DNA of 50,875 nucleotides from a virus. Where the stretch lies: the IMG/VR virus record IMGVR_UViG_3300045988_097988. One strand, written 5' to 3'. The notes below the pieces were generated by a model. That model was not told where the DNA came from. It did not search any database and saw only the letters and a program-made list of their open reading frames with translations. Shown here one piece after another: positions 22,247 to 32,657 of this stretch. Each line of letters starts with the position of its first letter. Position 1 is the stretch's first letter. The position numbers and the translations under genes were made by a program.

Positions 22247-23688
22247 TGGCCTTGAGTTCCGAGGCTGTTTTATACTATGCCGACAACCCGGTTGATTTTG
22301 TCCGCGACATCATCCGGGCAGAGCCGGACGCAAACCAGCGGGCCATTATGAGCAGCGTTGCCCAAAACCAGATGACGACGGTACGCTCAGGCCATGGCAT
22401 CGGAAAGACCGCCGTAGAGAGCTGGCTGATTATCTGGTTTCTGGCTACCCGGCCCTTTCCCAAGGTTCCCTGCACGGCCCCGACTCAGCATCAGCTCTGG
22501 GATATTCTGTGGGCCGAGATTTCCAAGTGGCTGCGCTCTGACCCGGCCCTCGCCCGGGATTTGATATGGACGAGCGAAAAGGTCTATATGCGCGGCTACC
22601 CGGAGGAGTGGTTTGCAGTAGCCCGTACCGCCAGCAAGCCGGACGCCCTGCAGGGCTTTCACGCTGAACACATCCTCTACGTTATAGATGAGGCATCGGG
22701 CGTCAAAGACGAGGTTTTCGAGCCGATTCTGGGCGCTATGTCTACCAAGGGCGCAAGGCTCTTGATGTGCGGCAACCCTACCCGGATAACGGGCTTTTTT
22801 TATGATTCTCACCATAAAAGCCGCCCGCTCTACAACGCGATGCACATCGACGGGCGCGACTCCTCCCGAGTAGACCAAGAGTTCATAGACCGTATCGTGG
22901 ATATGTTCGGCGAGGATTCCGACGTTTTCCGCGTCCGCGTCGCCGGGGATTTTCCCAAGGCTCTGCCGGACAGCTTCATCCCGATGGAGTGGGCCGAGAA
23001 AGCCAGTGAGGGAGACGCCCCGACCATTGAGCGCGTCTTGAGAGTGGACATCGGCACCGACGTTGCCCGGTACGGCGACGACAGCAGCGTGGTTTGTACG
23101 GTGCTGGACAAACGCAGTCAGCAAGGGCCGGAGGTCTACCACCACAACGACACGATGGAACTTTCCGGGCGTATCGTCCAGACCATCAAGCGCAACGCCA
23201 GGGAACATCCGTGGGCCGCTATCAAGGTCAAAATCGACTGCGATGGCTTGGGCGTCGGCGTATACGACCGCCTTACCGAGTTAAAGCCCGCAATCGAGTT
23301 TGCCGTGAATCAGGAGCGGGAGCGGCTCTTTGAGGGCGCAGACGACGAGGATACCCCGCCGCCACTTGACCTCGAAATCGTCGAGTGCCATTTCGGAGGC
23401 GAGGGCGGCAAGGTCAACGACAAAGACCCTATCAACTACGCCAACAGCACGGGCCTCATGTGGGGTTCGATTCGGGAGGCCCTCAAGACCGGGAGCCTCC
23501 ATCTCTACTACGACGATAAGCAAATCAGCCAGCTATCCAACCGCAAATACAGCGTGAACAGCGCGGGCGAAATCGTCCTCGAACGAAAAGAGGAGATGAA
23601 GAAGCGCGGCCTATCCTCCCCGGATATGGCCGACGCCTTGGGCCTTGCTCTGTACGACCCGCCCGTGAGCGATTGGAGCCTTGATTGA
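22246..23688 (+). CDS. terL: Terminase large subunit
   Basis: Walker A-like SGHGIGKT, Walker B YVIDEASGV, and a C-terminal nuclease-like domain. Confidence 0.85.
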   Translation: MALSSEAVLYYADNPVDFVRDIIRAEPDANQRAIMSSVAQNQMTTVRSGHGIGKTAVESWLIIWFLATRPFPKVPCTAPTQHQLWDILWAEISKWLRSDPALARDLIWTSEKVYMRGYPEEWFAVARTASKPDALQGFHAEHILYVIDEASGVKDEVFEPILGAMSTKGARLLMCGNPTRITGFFYDSHHKSRPLYNAMHIDGRDSSRVDQEFIDRIVDMFGEDSDVFRVRVAGDFPKALPDSFIPMEWAEKASEGDAPTIERVLRVDIGTDVARYGDDSSVVCTVLDKRSQQGPEVYHHNDTMELSGRIVQTIKRNAREHPWAAIKVKIDCDGLGVGVYDRLTELKPAIEFAVNQERERLFEGADDEDTPPPLDLEIVECHFGGEGGKVNDKDPINYANSTGLMWGSIREALKTGSLHLYYDDKQISQLSNRKYSVNSAGEIVLERKEEMKKRGLSSPDMADALGLALYDPPVSDWSLD

Positions 23689-23698
23689 GGTGAACGAC

Positions 23699-23875
23699 AT
23701 GAAGAACACAAACACTTATCTTGTGTCGGCGGACGGCTGGCCGACAAAGTACATCCGCACTGCCGCAACCGCAGCCGAGGCCCGCCGGGCCTACAAGACT
23801 AAAACCGGGTGTCCTCTGACGCCCAAGGTTGAGCAGGTGTGCGGCAAGCAGCCGAAAAGCAAAGGGGGCGAATAA
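23699..23875 (+). CDS. Small hypothetical protein (pattern similar to the small paralogue family)
   Basis: ATG at 23699 follows GAGGTGA. The protein begins MKNTNTYLVSADGW...TAATAAEARRAY. Confidence 0.45.
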   Translation: MKNTNTYLVSADGWPTKYIRTAATAAEARRAYKTKTGCPLTPKVEQVCGKQPKSKGGE

Positions 23876-23877
23876 CC

Positions 23878-26103
23878 GTGCCTCTCTTTAGGAGACCGCA
23901 CCGGGAGAGCGCGACGTCGGCCTATATGGACGGCGGCGTTATGCTCCCTCGGTACACAAACCCGCCTGAGCGGAACACAGAAGAATGGATTAAGGCGTAC
24001 ACCACAAACCCGCGCCTCGCGGTCGTGTCCCGTATCGCCTCCGACCTCTCTTTTGCCGAGGGCAAGCTGTACCGCGTAGACGAGAGCGGCGAGGAGCATG
24101 AGCTGAAACGGCATCCTTTTCTCGACTTCTGGGAGAATCCGAACCCGCTTCACGAGTACACCAACGCGGCGCTCTGGAACCTGTTCGAGATTTACCTGAA
24201 GCTCAAGGGAGAGGGCTATTTCGTCATGGAGCGCAACCCGCTGGGCGTCCCGGTTGAGCTTTGGCCCGTCCCGACGCACTGGGTACAGATGACCCCCTAC
24301 ATCGACCATCCGTTTTATACCATCCGCACCGCGAGCGGCCTGATTATGGACGTATCTGTCGAGGATATGTTTGTTATGAAAGACCTGAACCCGATTGACC
24401 CGTCCCGCCGGGGTATGGGCCAAGCTGAACCGTTGGCAGACGAAATCGAGACCGATGAGTATGCCGCGAAGTTCCAGAAGCGTTTCTTCTTCAATGACGC
24501 CACCCCGAATATCATCATCGGTATGCCGAAGAGTACGGAAGACCAGCGCAAAAGATTTCGGGCCGAATGGCTGGAACGCTTCAAGGGCGTTTTCCAGAGC
24601 CACGGCGTGGCTACCGTCAACGGTGAAGTCACCATCAACAAAGTCGGCGAGAGTATGAAAGATATGGACATGGTTCAGGGCCGTATCTTCCTGCGTGACG
24701 CCGCCTTGGAGCATTTCGGAGTTCCCCGCGAGATTATGGGCATCACTGAGAGCAGCAACCGGGCCACCTCGGAAGCTGCTCAGTTCATTTATGCCCAAAA
24801 CGTCCTGATGCCGAACCTCAAGCGGAGAGAGCAGGCCATAAACCGCCAGCTCGTGCCGCTGTTCGGCCCCGACCTCGTATGGCACTTTGACGACATCATC
24901 CCTCGCAACCAAGAGTTTGACAAGGCCGTGGCGAACGACGGATGGAACAGCGGCTATTTGACCCGGAACGAGGCCCGAGAAAAAGTGGGTATGCCCCCGG
25001 TCAAAAACGGCGACGTCTACAAGACACAGTTCTCCGACATCTACGTTGGAGAGGACGACGACCCTGTGGCAGTCAGTACGGCGGCGGCAGACCTGCAATT
25101 TGCAGACAACGCTCCGCCGATGAGCGCTGACCAGAGCGGCGTGTTGGAGGTAGTGGATGAAGAATCCCTGCCAGACGATAAAAACGCCTTAGACAGTATC
25201 GGGAGCGCGTCTAACGGGCTTGAGGTCGTCGTCTCTAAATCTCTGAGAGGACATGAGCGCAAAAGCGCCCAGCTCCAAGCCGCACAGCGGGCCATTGCTC
25301 AAGCCGAGCGGGAGCAGAGCCGGAAGTTTGAGATTGCCACCATGAAGTATTTCAGGACGCAGGGCCAGCTCATCGAAAACGCGATGAACGGCACCGAAAA
25401 AGCTGAACGCAGCGCATGGGATATTCTGATGGCTGACATCCCGGGCTATAACGGTCTGTCTGAGGATTCGCAAGCCGCCAACGCCACCGCGTGGAACGCC
25501 CTCAGCGAGGAGGGCCGGGCCTCTTTGGTATCCGGCTTCACGGTGGGGCTTATCGACTGGCAGGCCGAGACCGCAACCCTGCTGAACATCTTTGAGCCGC
25601 TCTGGAAAGAGAGCTACAACAAGGGCGCGGGCGTCTCCGCCCAGCTCTACGGGCTGGCAAGCATCCAGAGACCCGAGCTTATTTCCACTGCAAAGCTCCG
25701 GGGCGGCTCCCGCGTCGTCGGCATCACGCAGACGACCAAAGATGCCATCTCTCGTATTGTGTCGGCGGCTCTTGAGCATGGCGACGGACGGGAGAGCATC
25801 GCAAAGCAGATTCAGCAGGAGATGCAGACCTCGACCTCCCGCGCCCGGACTATTGCAAGCCAAGAGTGCAATACCAGCCTGCTCACGGGCCAGTACGATA
25901 TGATGCGTACCGCCGGGGCCGGATACAAAACGTGGCACGTCACAAACCCCGCCGTCGCCCGTCCGTCTCACAAAGCTATCAACGGCCAGACCGTCCCCAT
26001 CGATGCCAAGTTTTCAAACGGCCTGATGCAGCCATGCGACCCGAATTGTGACGACGCTTCGGAGGTCGTGAATTGCCATTGTTTCCTGACGTTCAGCAAG
26101 TAG
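23878..26103 (+). CDS. Portal protein fused to an SPP1 gp7 / Mu F-like head morphogenesis domain
   Basis: The N-terminal ~400 aa are HK97-type portal-like. The C-terminus TWHVTNPAVARPSHKAINGQTVPIDAKF...NCHCFL is the Mu F signature. GTG at 23878 follows AAAGGGGG. Confidence 0.75.
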   Translation: MPLFRRPHRESATSAYMDGGVMLPRYTNPPERNTEEWIKAYTTNPRLAVVSRIASDLSFAEGKLYRVDESGEEHELKRHPFLDFWENPNPLHEYTNAALWNLFEIYLKLKGEGYFVMERNPLGVPVELWPVPTHWVQMTPYIDHPFYTIRTASGLIMDVSVEDMFVMKDLNPIDPSRRGMGQAEPLADEIETDEYAAKFQKRFFFNDATPNIIIGMPKSTEDQRKRFRAEWLERFKGVFQSHGVATVNGEVTINKVGESMKDMDMVQGRIFLRDAALEHFGVPREIMGITESSNRATSEAAQFIYAQNVLMPNLKRREQAINRQLVPLFGPDLVWHFDDIIPRNQEFDKAVANDGWNSGYLTRNEAREKVGMPPVKNGDVYKTQFSDIYVGEDDDPVAVSTAAADLQFADNAPPMSADQSGVLEVVDEESLPDDKNALDSIGSASNGLEVVVSKSLRGHERKSAQLQAAQRAIAQAEREQSRKFEIATMKYFRTQGQLIENAMNGTEKAERSAWDILMADIPGYNGLSEDSQAANATAWNALSEEGRASLVSGFTVGLIDWQAETATLLNIFEPLWKESYNKGAGVSAQLYGLASIQRPELISTAKLRGGSRVVGITQTTKDAISRIVSAALEHGDGRESIAKQIQQEMQTSTSRARTIASQECNTSLLTGQYDMMRTAGAGYKTWHVTNPAVARPSHKAINGQTVPIDAKFSNGLMQPCDPNCDDASEVVNCHCFLTFSK

Positions 26104-26112
26104 GAGGCTTAC

Positions 26113-27099
26113 ATGGAATTTAACGAAAAGCAGGCCCTCGCCGCTGCCCGGGCCGCAGGCATCGACCTTTCGGCTGAGAGGTTCAGCGCAAAAGACCTCG
26201 CGGAAGCTATGACCGCTGAGGCGGAGTATTGGGCTGAGAATCCCGATACCGACATCACAAAAAACGACACTACCATGACGGCGAAAATTGCGGTGGCCCA
26301 CCTCCGCAAATCGCCGTTTTATTATGCCCCGAACCGGGGCCTCAAGGCGTGGGAAAACTCGCTCAGAAAGGGGGTGAAGCAGAAAAGCGTGAAAACCGAA
26401 CACAAAACCATCCAGTTCAAAGCTGATGACTTTGACGAGGAGCAGGGCATTTTCAGCGGCTACGGTGCCGTGTTTGGGAATGTTGATAGCGGCGGCGATA
26501 TTATCGAGCCGGGAGCCTTCACTAAGACAATAGCCGAGGGCTGGGAGCGCGTCAAGATTCTGGCCCTGCACAATGATAGCTGGCTGCCTATCGGTAAGCC
26601 TATTGAGCTGAGAGAGGACAGCAACGGCCTGTATATCAAGGCCAAAATCTCCGATACCTCGATGGGGCGCGACATCAAGGTATTGCTCAAGGATGGTGTG
26701 CTTTGCGAGCTGTCTATCGGCTACGACCCTGTGGCGTTTGACTACGACAAGGACACGGGCATCCGCCACCTGCGTGAGATTAAGCTGTGGGAGGTCTCTG
26801 TCGTCACTTGGGCGATGAACCCGGAGGCGACCATCTCCGACTACAAATCCGCCAGAGACGTTGCCGACAGCGTAGGGGCTGTTGTCCGGGAAATTGCTGC
26901 CGAGGTCAAAGCTGGGCGCAAAATCAGCGCCAGCCGCCTGAAGTCTATGAAAGAGGCCAGCGCCTCCATGAAGACAGTGACCAAAGCTCTGGACACCATC
27001 ATCAAAGAGGCGACCGAAACGCCCGCAAAGCGAGCAGCCAAACCGCAGGCTAGAAAGTCCGCGCATTACTCTGGCCCTATCATCGAAATCGTTCTGTAA
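26113..27099 (+). CDS. HK97-family prohead protease (S78) with an N-terminal extension
   Basis: FSGYGAVFGNVDSGGDIIEPGAF...LHNDSWLPIGKP...LSIGY...LWEVSVVTWAMNPEA. Confidence 0.8.
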   Translation: MEFNEKQALAAARAAGIDLSAERFSAKDLAEAMTAEAEYWAENPDTDITKNDTTMTAKIAVAHLRKSPFYYAPNRGLKAWENSLRKGVKQKSVKTEHKTIQFKADDFDEEQGIFSGYGAVFGNVDSGGDIIEPGAFTKTIAEGWERVKILALHNDSWLPIGKPIELREDSNGLYIKAKISDTSMGRDIKVLLKDGVLCELSIGYDPVAFDYDKDTGIRHLREIKLWEVSVVTWAMNPEATISDYKSARDVADSVGAVVREIAAEVKAGRKISASRLKSMKEASASMKTVTKALDTIIKEATETPAKRAAKPQARKSAHYSGPIIEIVL

Positions 27100-27115
27100 A
27101 GGAGGAACAACCCAC

Positions 27116-28690
27116 ATGAGAATGAAAAAGAAGAATTTCGGCACTCAGCAGAAGTCCGTCAAGATGACCAAGGATGACCTGACCGAGGTTATCAAGTCCG
27201 CCGTCAAGGACGCCCTGTGCGACGAGGAGGGCAAGGACGACGGCGACGAGGGTGACGGCGAGGATAAGGACGATGACGAGGCGGACGTCTCCGACGTCTC
27301 TAGCCTCGTCTCTCAGGCTCTGGACATGGTGGCTGAGAAGCGCAAGGCCCGCAAGGACGCGGGCGAGGAGCTGGGCGACATCACCGCCGATGAGATTCTG
27401 GAGGCAATCGACGAGATTGCAGACTCCGACCTCGGCGAGGACGAAAAGGATGACGACGACGCCGACGGCGAGAGCAAGGACGACGACGACAGCGCAGACG
27501 ACGAGGCCAAGGGCCGCAAGTCCGCAGCCCGTCCCCGCCAGACCAAGAGCCGCAAGTCCGCGCCCTCCGTCGTCCAGCGCAAGTACAGCGCCATCTACCT
27601 GAGCAAGCCTGCCGCCTCCGCTGGCAGCGCACAGAAGTCCATGCCGCCCGAAATCCAGCTGGCCCGCGCGGTCAAGTGTCTGGACGTCTTCGGTCGTCGT
27701 GACCCGGAGGCTGCGGCCTACTACGCAAAGAAGAAGTATGCCGATGAGAACATGGCCCGCCAGTTCAAGGCCCTGTCCGCCACCAACCCCGAAACGGGCG
27801 GCTACCTCATCCCGGAAATCTACCTCGACCAGATTGTCGAGATGCTGTACAGCAAGACCGTCATCTTCGAGCTGGGCGCACAGAAAGTTCCCATGCCTAC
27901 CGGCAACCTGAACATCCCCAAGATGACCTCCGGCGCGCGCGCAACGTGGGGCGGTGAGGCCCGCAAGATTGCGCCCTCTCAGCCCACTTTCGGCAGCATC
28001 AAGCTGTCTGCAAAGCGTCTTGAGGCTATCGTCCCTCAGACCCGCGAGCTGCTGATGAGCACCAGCTATTCCGCAGACCAGCTCTTTGCCAACGACCTGA
28101 CCCGCCGCATGGAGCTGGGTATTGATTTCGGTGGTATGTTCGGCTCCGGCAACGAGTTCCAGCCCCTCGGTGTGTTCCGCGACAAGGACATTACTCATCT
28201 GGACGCCAAGACTCTGAACAACCCCGACATCGCCGATACCAACGGCAAAATCACCGCAGACTTCCCCGTGTTCCTGCGCTCTGAGCTGATGAGCAAGAAC
28301 GTGGACGACGCGGCGGCAGGCTGGGCGATGAATTCCATGCTTGAGGGTTACTTCATGAATATGAAGACTACCACGGGCGAGTACCTGTACCGCGATGAGA
28401 TGTACCAGGGCAAGCTGCTGGGCTTCAACTACAAGGTCAGCAACCAGATTCCGACCGACAAGAACGGCCTCACTGAGCTGTGCTTCGGCAACTGGAGTGA
28501 CCTGCTGGTCGGCGAGCAGCTGGGCCTTGAGACCTATACTACGCTGGATGGTACTTGGGTGGACGAGAACGGCGTTCAGCACAGCGCATTCGACGAGAAC
28601 CTCGCCGCGACCCGCGCCCTGATGTTCGTCGATATGGCCGCCCGCCACAAAGAGAGCTTCATCCATGTGAAGAACATCAAGGTGAAGTAA
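27116..28690 (+). CDS. HK97-fold major capsid protein with an acidic N-terminal delta/scaffold domain
   Basis: GGYLIPEIYLDQIVEMLYSKTVIFELGAQKVPMPTGNLNIPK matches the family. A long D/E-rich low-complexity segment spans residues ~30-130. Confidence 0.8.
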   Translation: MRMKKKNFGTQQKSVKMTKDDLTEVIKSAVKDALCDEEGKDDGDEGDGEDKDDDEADVSDVSSLVSQALDMVAEKRKARKDAGEELGDITADEILEAIDEIADSDLGEDEKDDDDADGESKDDDDSADDEAKGRKSAARPRQTKSRKSAPSVVQRKYSAIYLSKPAASAGSAQKSMPPEIQLARAVKCLDVFGRRDPEAAAYYAKKKYADENMARQFKALSATNPETGGYLIPEIYLDQIVEMLYSKTVIFELGAQKVPMPTGNLNIPKMTSGARATWGGEARKIAPSQPTFGSIKLSAKRLEAIVPQTRELLMSTSYSADQLFANDLTRRMELGIDFGGMFGSGNEFQPLGVFRDKDITHLDAKTLNNPDIADTNGKITADFPVFLRSELMSKNVDDAAAGWAMNSMLEGYFMNMKTTTGEYLYRDEMYQGKLLGFNYKVSNQIPTDKNGLTELCFGNWSDLLVGEQLGLETYTTLDGTWVDENGVQHSAFDENLAATRALMFVDMAARHKESFIHVKNIKVK

Positions 28691-28741
28691 GGAAAACCCC
28701 GTCACCTTTCAACATTTTCCACAGAATCAAGGAGGAAAACT

Positions 28742-29158
28742 ATGAAGCGCGAGCTTATCGAAAATGTGCGCGTGACGCCCTATACCAGCGGCACCGCATT
28801 TGACCGCGAGGGCTTCCTGTCCGGCGTTCTGGGTGTCCTTATCGGCACCCCCTCCGGCAGTCCCGAGACCATGCAGGCCAAGGTCGTCCTGACCGAGTGT
28901 GACACCGAGGACGGAACCTTTACCGTCTGCAAGGACAAGCTCATCCCGGTCGGCAAGGGTATGCTGGACGATGACGGCGCAGTTGCCGTTGAGGTAGACG
29001 CCGCAGGCGGCTCCCTCGTCAACTTCGACCTCGACCTGCTGGGCTGCAAAAAGTACGTCAAGGCCACTGTCTCCGTCGTCTGTACTGGCGGCTCTTCCCC
29101 GAGCTGCACCGCAACCGCTGCTCTGGCTCTGGGCGACGCCGACGAGGTTCCCGTCTAA
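28742..29158 (+). CDS. Hypothetical head-associated protein
   Basis: 138 aa, directly after the capsid gene. Confidence 0.45.
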   Translation: MKRELIENVRVTPYTSGTAFDREGFLSGVLGVLIGTPSGSPETMQAKVVLTECDTEDGTFTVCKDKLIPVGKGMLDDDGAVAVEVDAAGGSLVNFDLDLLGCKKYVKATVSVVCTGGSSPSCTATAALALGDADEVPV

Positions 29159-29193
29159 GCGGCAGAGAGCCTGTTGTAGGAGGTGTTTACACA

Positions 29194-29313
29194 ATGGCAA
29201 GGGTCTATAACCCCAAATGCCAGAAGCCCGCCCAGAACAAACGCGAGAGCGGGCCGAAAGAGAAGAAAGGCACGAACAGTGCCAGCAAAGAGAAAGAGGG
29301 CGCTGGCAAATAA
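29194..29313 (+). CDS. Small Lys-rich protein (39 aa)
   Basis: Strong RBS GTAGGAGGTG. Below the ORF-track cut-off. Confidence 0.4.
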   Translation: MARVYNPKCQKPAQNKRESGPKEKKGTNSASKEKEGAGK

Positions 29314-29345
29314 CCCGCGCTCCTCTATTTGAGGGAGGCTGCACA

Positions 29346-29999
29346 ATGGCGAATGAACCGACCGAGAAGCTGGCCCAGAATGCTATGACGACGTTGGAGG
29401 ATACGATGGAACGCCTCGGCATCCCGGAGGATTCCGCAGATACTACCGTAAAAAACAACATCATCCGGCTTATCAATTCCGCCTCCGCATGGGTCGAGAC
29501 CGTCACCGGGCGCAAGTTCGGCAAGGCGGTCTATACCGACCGATACGCAGGCCCGGGAACACAGGAGCTGTTTCTGAAACAGTATCCTATCCGCAGCGTC
29601 GAGTACGTCAAAGATACGACCGCCGGGGCGTTTATCGAGCCTGAGAGCTACGATTTCACCATGACCGGGAACATCGGCGTATTGTACCGGGACGCCGGGT
29701 GGAATTTCAAGGGCTACGTTGGAGGTCTGGCCGGGGACTACTACGCGGCGCAGCGGTATCTTGAGGTAAAGTATACCGCTGGCTACGTCCTGCCGAAAGA
29801 CGGGACGGCGGAAGAGCCTGCTGACCTCCCTGCCGACATCATCGCCATTGTTTGGGGTATCGCCGAGCAGGAGTTTTCAATCCTGCGGAACGGCGCACAG
29901 GGGCTTTCTGCGTTCTCCATTTCGGACGTCTCGTGGACGTTCGACAAGGAGCCGCGCTCTTCGTGGCTTGATACCCTTTCGCGCTATATGAGCTGGTAA
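29346..29999 (+). CDS. Head-tail connector (gp6-like) protein
   Basis: N-terminus LEDTMERLGIPEDSADTTVKNNIIRLINSASAWVETVTGRKF. ATG at 29346 follows GAGGGAGG. Confidence 0.6.
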   Translation: MANEPTEKLAQNAMTTLEDTMERLGIPEDSADTTVKNNIIRLINSASAWVETVTGRKFGKAVYTDRYAGPGTQELFLKQYPIRSVEYVKDTTAGAFIEPESYDFTMTGNIGVLYRDAGWNFKGYVGGLAGDYYAAQRYLEVKYTAGYVLPKDGTAEEPADLPADIIAIVWGIAEQEFSILRNGAQGLSAFSISDVSWTFDKEPRSSWLDTLSRYMSW

Positions 30000-30002
30000 G
30001 CA

Positions 30003-30653
30003 ATGAGCGGGAGCGGCGATTTAATCCTGCACCTCAAGCAGGTACGGGACGAGCTGGCGGCCCTCAACCGACTGAAAATTAAAGTCGGCATTCAGGGCGA
30101 TGCTGACAGCGAAATCCTGACCATCGCCCGCGTCCACGAGTACGGGGCGACGATTACCGCAAAACACGCCAAAAACCTGTGCATCCCTATCCACAAAAAG
30201 AGCCGAGGCAAAAGCCCCCGCGACTTCCCGGGTCTGTTCTTCATCCAGTCCCACGCGGGGTATCTTTTCGGGGTAGTAGACAAGAGCCTCAAGCGGCGAC
30301 ACAAAAATGAGGAGGACAACCTGCTCTTTTTGTTCCTACTCCTGCCATCCGTCACTATCCCTGAGCGCAGTTTTATCCGCGCAGGCTTTGACTACAACAA
30401 AGACGCTCTGGCACTACTCGTGCGGCAGCAGATAGCCGAGATATATCAAGGCCGTCAGACCGCAAGAGGAGCCGCCGAGTGGATAGGCGGGCAGGCCGTG
30501 GGCCTGATTCAGCAGTATATCAACGACGCCAGCCACTTCACCCCGAAAGGGAGTCTCCAACGTGAGGCGGCTCCGTCTTGGGCGGATAGCCCTCTTGTTG
30601 TTACTGGCAGGCTCCGCAATTCTATCACATTCAAAATCGAGGAGGAGAGCTGA
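30003..30653 (+). CDS. Virion morphogenesis / head-tail adaptor protein
   Basis: Call rests on position and the C-terminal LVVTGRLRNSITFKI pattern. Confidence 0.45.
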   Translation: MSGSGDLILHLKQVRDELAALNRLKIKVGIQGDADSEILTIARVHEYGATITAKHAKNLCIPIHKKSRGKSPRDFPGLFFIQSHAGYLFGVVDKSLKRRHKNEEDNLLFLFLLLPSVTIPERSFIRAGFDYNKDALALLVRQQIAEIYQGRQTARGAAEWIGGQAVGLIQQYINDASHFTPKGSLQREAAPSWADSPLVVTGRLRNSITFKIEEES

Positions 30654-31027
30654 TGGATGCCCCTTTCAGGATGGCCCAGCCGATGATACCCGGTGGCCTC
30701 TTACACACGATGTACGAGGTCAAGACGTCCGGCTCCTACGACCAGAGCAAGGGAGGGCAGTGGGCGTCTACCGCTGCCGAGCGACTCCCCTTTGAGGGCG
30801 CAGTCCTCCCGGTAAGTGACAAAGATATTGCCCGTGGCATCACAGGCACGTCTACGGCCCTCAGCGAGAAGATTTACACCAACGGCTACGTCCTCAACGT
30901 CGGGGCGCGGGTCTATGACCCGGCAAGCTCCACGACCTATACCGTCAAGCAGGAGCTGGGCCACAACAGCATCCACCCGCTGAAACGGTATCTGGTAGAG
31001 GCGAAAGGGGGCGCGGCTCCGAGATGA
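30653..31027 (+). CDS. Head closure / neck protein
   Basis: Call rests on position in the head-tail joining block. ATGA overlap with the previous gene. Confidence 0.4.
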   Translation: MDAPFRMAQPMIPGGLLHTMYEVKTSGSYDQSKGGQWASTAAERLPFEGAVLPVSDKDIARGITGTSTALSEKIYTNGYVLNVGARVYDPASSTTYTVKQELGHNSIHPLKRYLVEAKGGAAPR

Positions 31028-31575
31028 CCTTTGTCGAAAAGCGAAACCGCCTCATTTACGCGCTCAGTCAGGCTGTAGGGCGTCCCGTCCTGCTGGACTC
31101 TCAAACCCAGCCGGAGGTAGAGCCACCGTTCATCATCTACTCGGTTATGAGCGACTACGAGACAACGGGCGGAAGCGGAAACTTCACCCTTGCGTTCGAT
31201 GAAACGCGACAGGATACCGTGTCGGTGCGCGAAGAGCAGCCGACCGCCACGTTTTCTTTCACCGCCTGCAGTATCAACCGACAGACCGAAACCGCCGACG
31301 GCGATACCGTCACGGTCTACGGCGCGGACGAGGCTTCTGAGCTGGCTTCGCTGGCTCAAGGCTTTTTCCTGCACACGGGCCTTTACGCCCTTGAATCTGC
31401 CGGGTTTGTCGTCGTTGAGGTTACAAACTGCACAAGCCGCGATGCTCTTGAAGTAGACGAGATAGAGCGTCGCTACGGGTTCGACGTGCGGCTCAGGTAC
31501 ACCCGTACCGACAGCTATACCGTCGGCTCTATCTCAATCCCCCCGAATGTTATCGACAAAACTGAAAAGGAGTGA
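31024..31575 (+). CDS. Tail completion/terminator-like protein
   Basis: It lies directly upstream of the sheath gene. Confidence 0.4.
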   Translation: MTFVEKRNRLIYALSQAVGRPVLLDSQTQPEVEPPFIIYSVMSDYETTGGSGNFTLAFDETRQDTVSVREEQPTATFSFTACSINRQTETADGDTVTVYGADEASELASLAQGFFLHTGLYALESAGFVVVEVTNCTSRDALEVDEIERRYGFDVRLRYTRTDSYTVGSISIPPNVIDKTEKE

Positions 31576-31580
31576 CTACT

Positions 31581-32639
31581 TTGGCAAAAGACGTTATTGT
31601 CGTCGTAGACATCGACGCAAAGCGCACAGGCACCGAGAGCCTGGACATCCTGCTGGTTTCGACCGAGGGCGCAAAGGACGTTGCAACCTACCGCGACCTC
31701 GACAAAATCACCGAGGCGTTCAAGGGCAAAAAGGTGGCGAAGATGGCCGAGGCTGTGTTCACGCAGGGCAAGACCAGCCTTGCAGACACCCTCATCCGCA
31801 AGGTAAAAATCGTCGGACTTGAGAAGCCTACCAACGCGGCGGGCCTTGTCGAGGCCATCGAGAAGTTCCGCGAGACGGACGATGATTTTTACATCGTTAT
31901 GACCGACCAGAGCGATGACGAATATGTCAAGGCTCTGGCAGCTTGGGCGGAAAGCACCGAGCCTACCGAGGCCGAGCTGGGCGCGGGCGAGGAAGACCAC
32001 CGCAAGATCTATTTCGGCCAGACCACCAACAAGGAGCTGGGCGTCGTCAACGCCCGCAGTGTCATCATCTACACCGACCACGCGGAAGAGTTCGCCGATG
32101 CTGCCTATGTCGGCAATGTCGGCCCGTTCTATCCGCAGTCGGTGACGTGGAAGTTCAAGCGGCCCCAGGGCCTGACCGTTCCCGGCCTGACGAACGGTGA
32201 GCGTGATGCTCTTGAGGAAGCAAATGTTAACTTCCTCACCGTGGAGTATAAGCACGAGTACGTCAAAAACGGCGTCTGCGCCGATGGTAATTTCATCGAT
32301 GTGCAGATGGGCGCGGACTATATCGCCAGCCTGATGCGTGAGAAGCTGTACACCATCTTCCTCGAAAACGCAAAGGTCAGCTATGACGATGCAGGTTTCT
32401 CCCTCGTCGGCACTGCCGCTTACGAGACCCTCAACCGGGCCGTCGAGCTGGGCATCATTGCCAAAGACCCGGAGAGCAAGCAGGGCGTCTTCACCATCAA
32501 CGTACCTAAGCGCAGCGATGCCACCGACGAGCAGGCCCGCAACCGCCAGATGCCCGACATCACATGGGAGGCTCAACTGGAGGGCGCAGTCCACGGCATC
32601 AAGACCAAGGGAACCCTGCGGGCGACCTTGAGCGCATAA
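31581..32639 (+). CDS. Tail sheath-like protein (DUF3383-type)
   Basis: 353 aa, followed by tube, chaperone, tape-measure and baseplate genes. TTG at 31581 is 8 nt after AAAAGGAG. GTG at 31572 is also possible. Confidence 0.6.
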   Translation: MAKDVIVVVDIDAKRTGTESLDILLVSTEGAKDVATYRDLDKITEAFKGKKVAKMAEAVFTQGKTSLADTLIRKVKIVGLEKPTNAAGLVEAIEKFRETDDDFYIVMTDQSDDEYVKALAAWAESTEPTEAELGAGEEDHRKIYFGQTTNKELGVVNARSVIIYTDHAEEFADAAYVGNVGPFYPQSVTWKFKRPQGLTVPGLTNGERDALEEANVNFLTVEYKHEYVKNGVCADGNFIDVQMGADYIASLMREKLYTIFLENAKVSYDDAGFSLVGTAAYETLNRAVELGIIAKDPESKQGVFTINVPKRSDATDEQARNRQMPDITWEAQLEGAVHGIKTKGTLRATLSA

Positions 32640-32657
32640 GGAAAGGAGAGCTAAACA

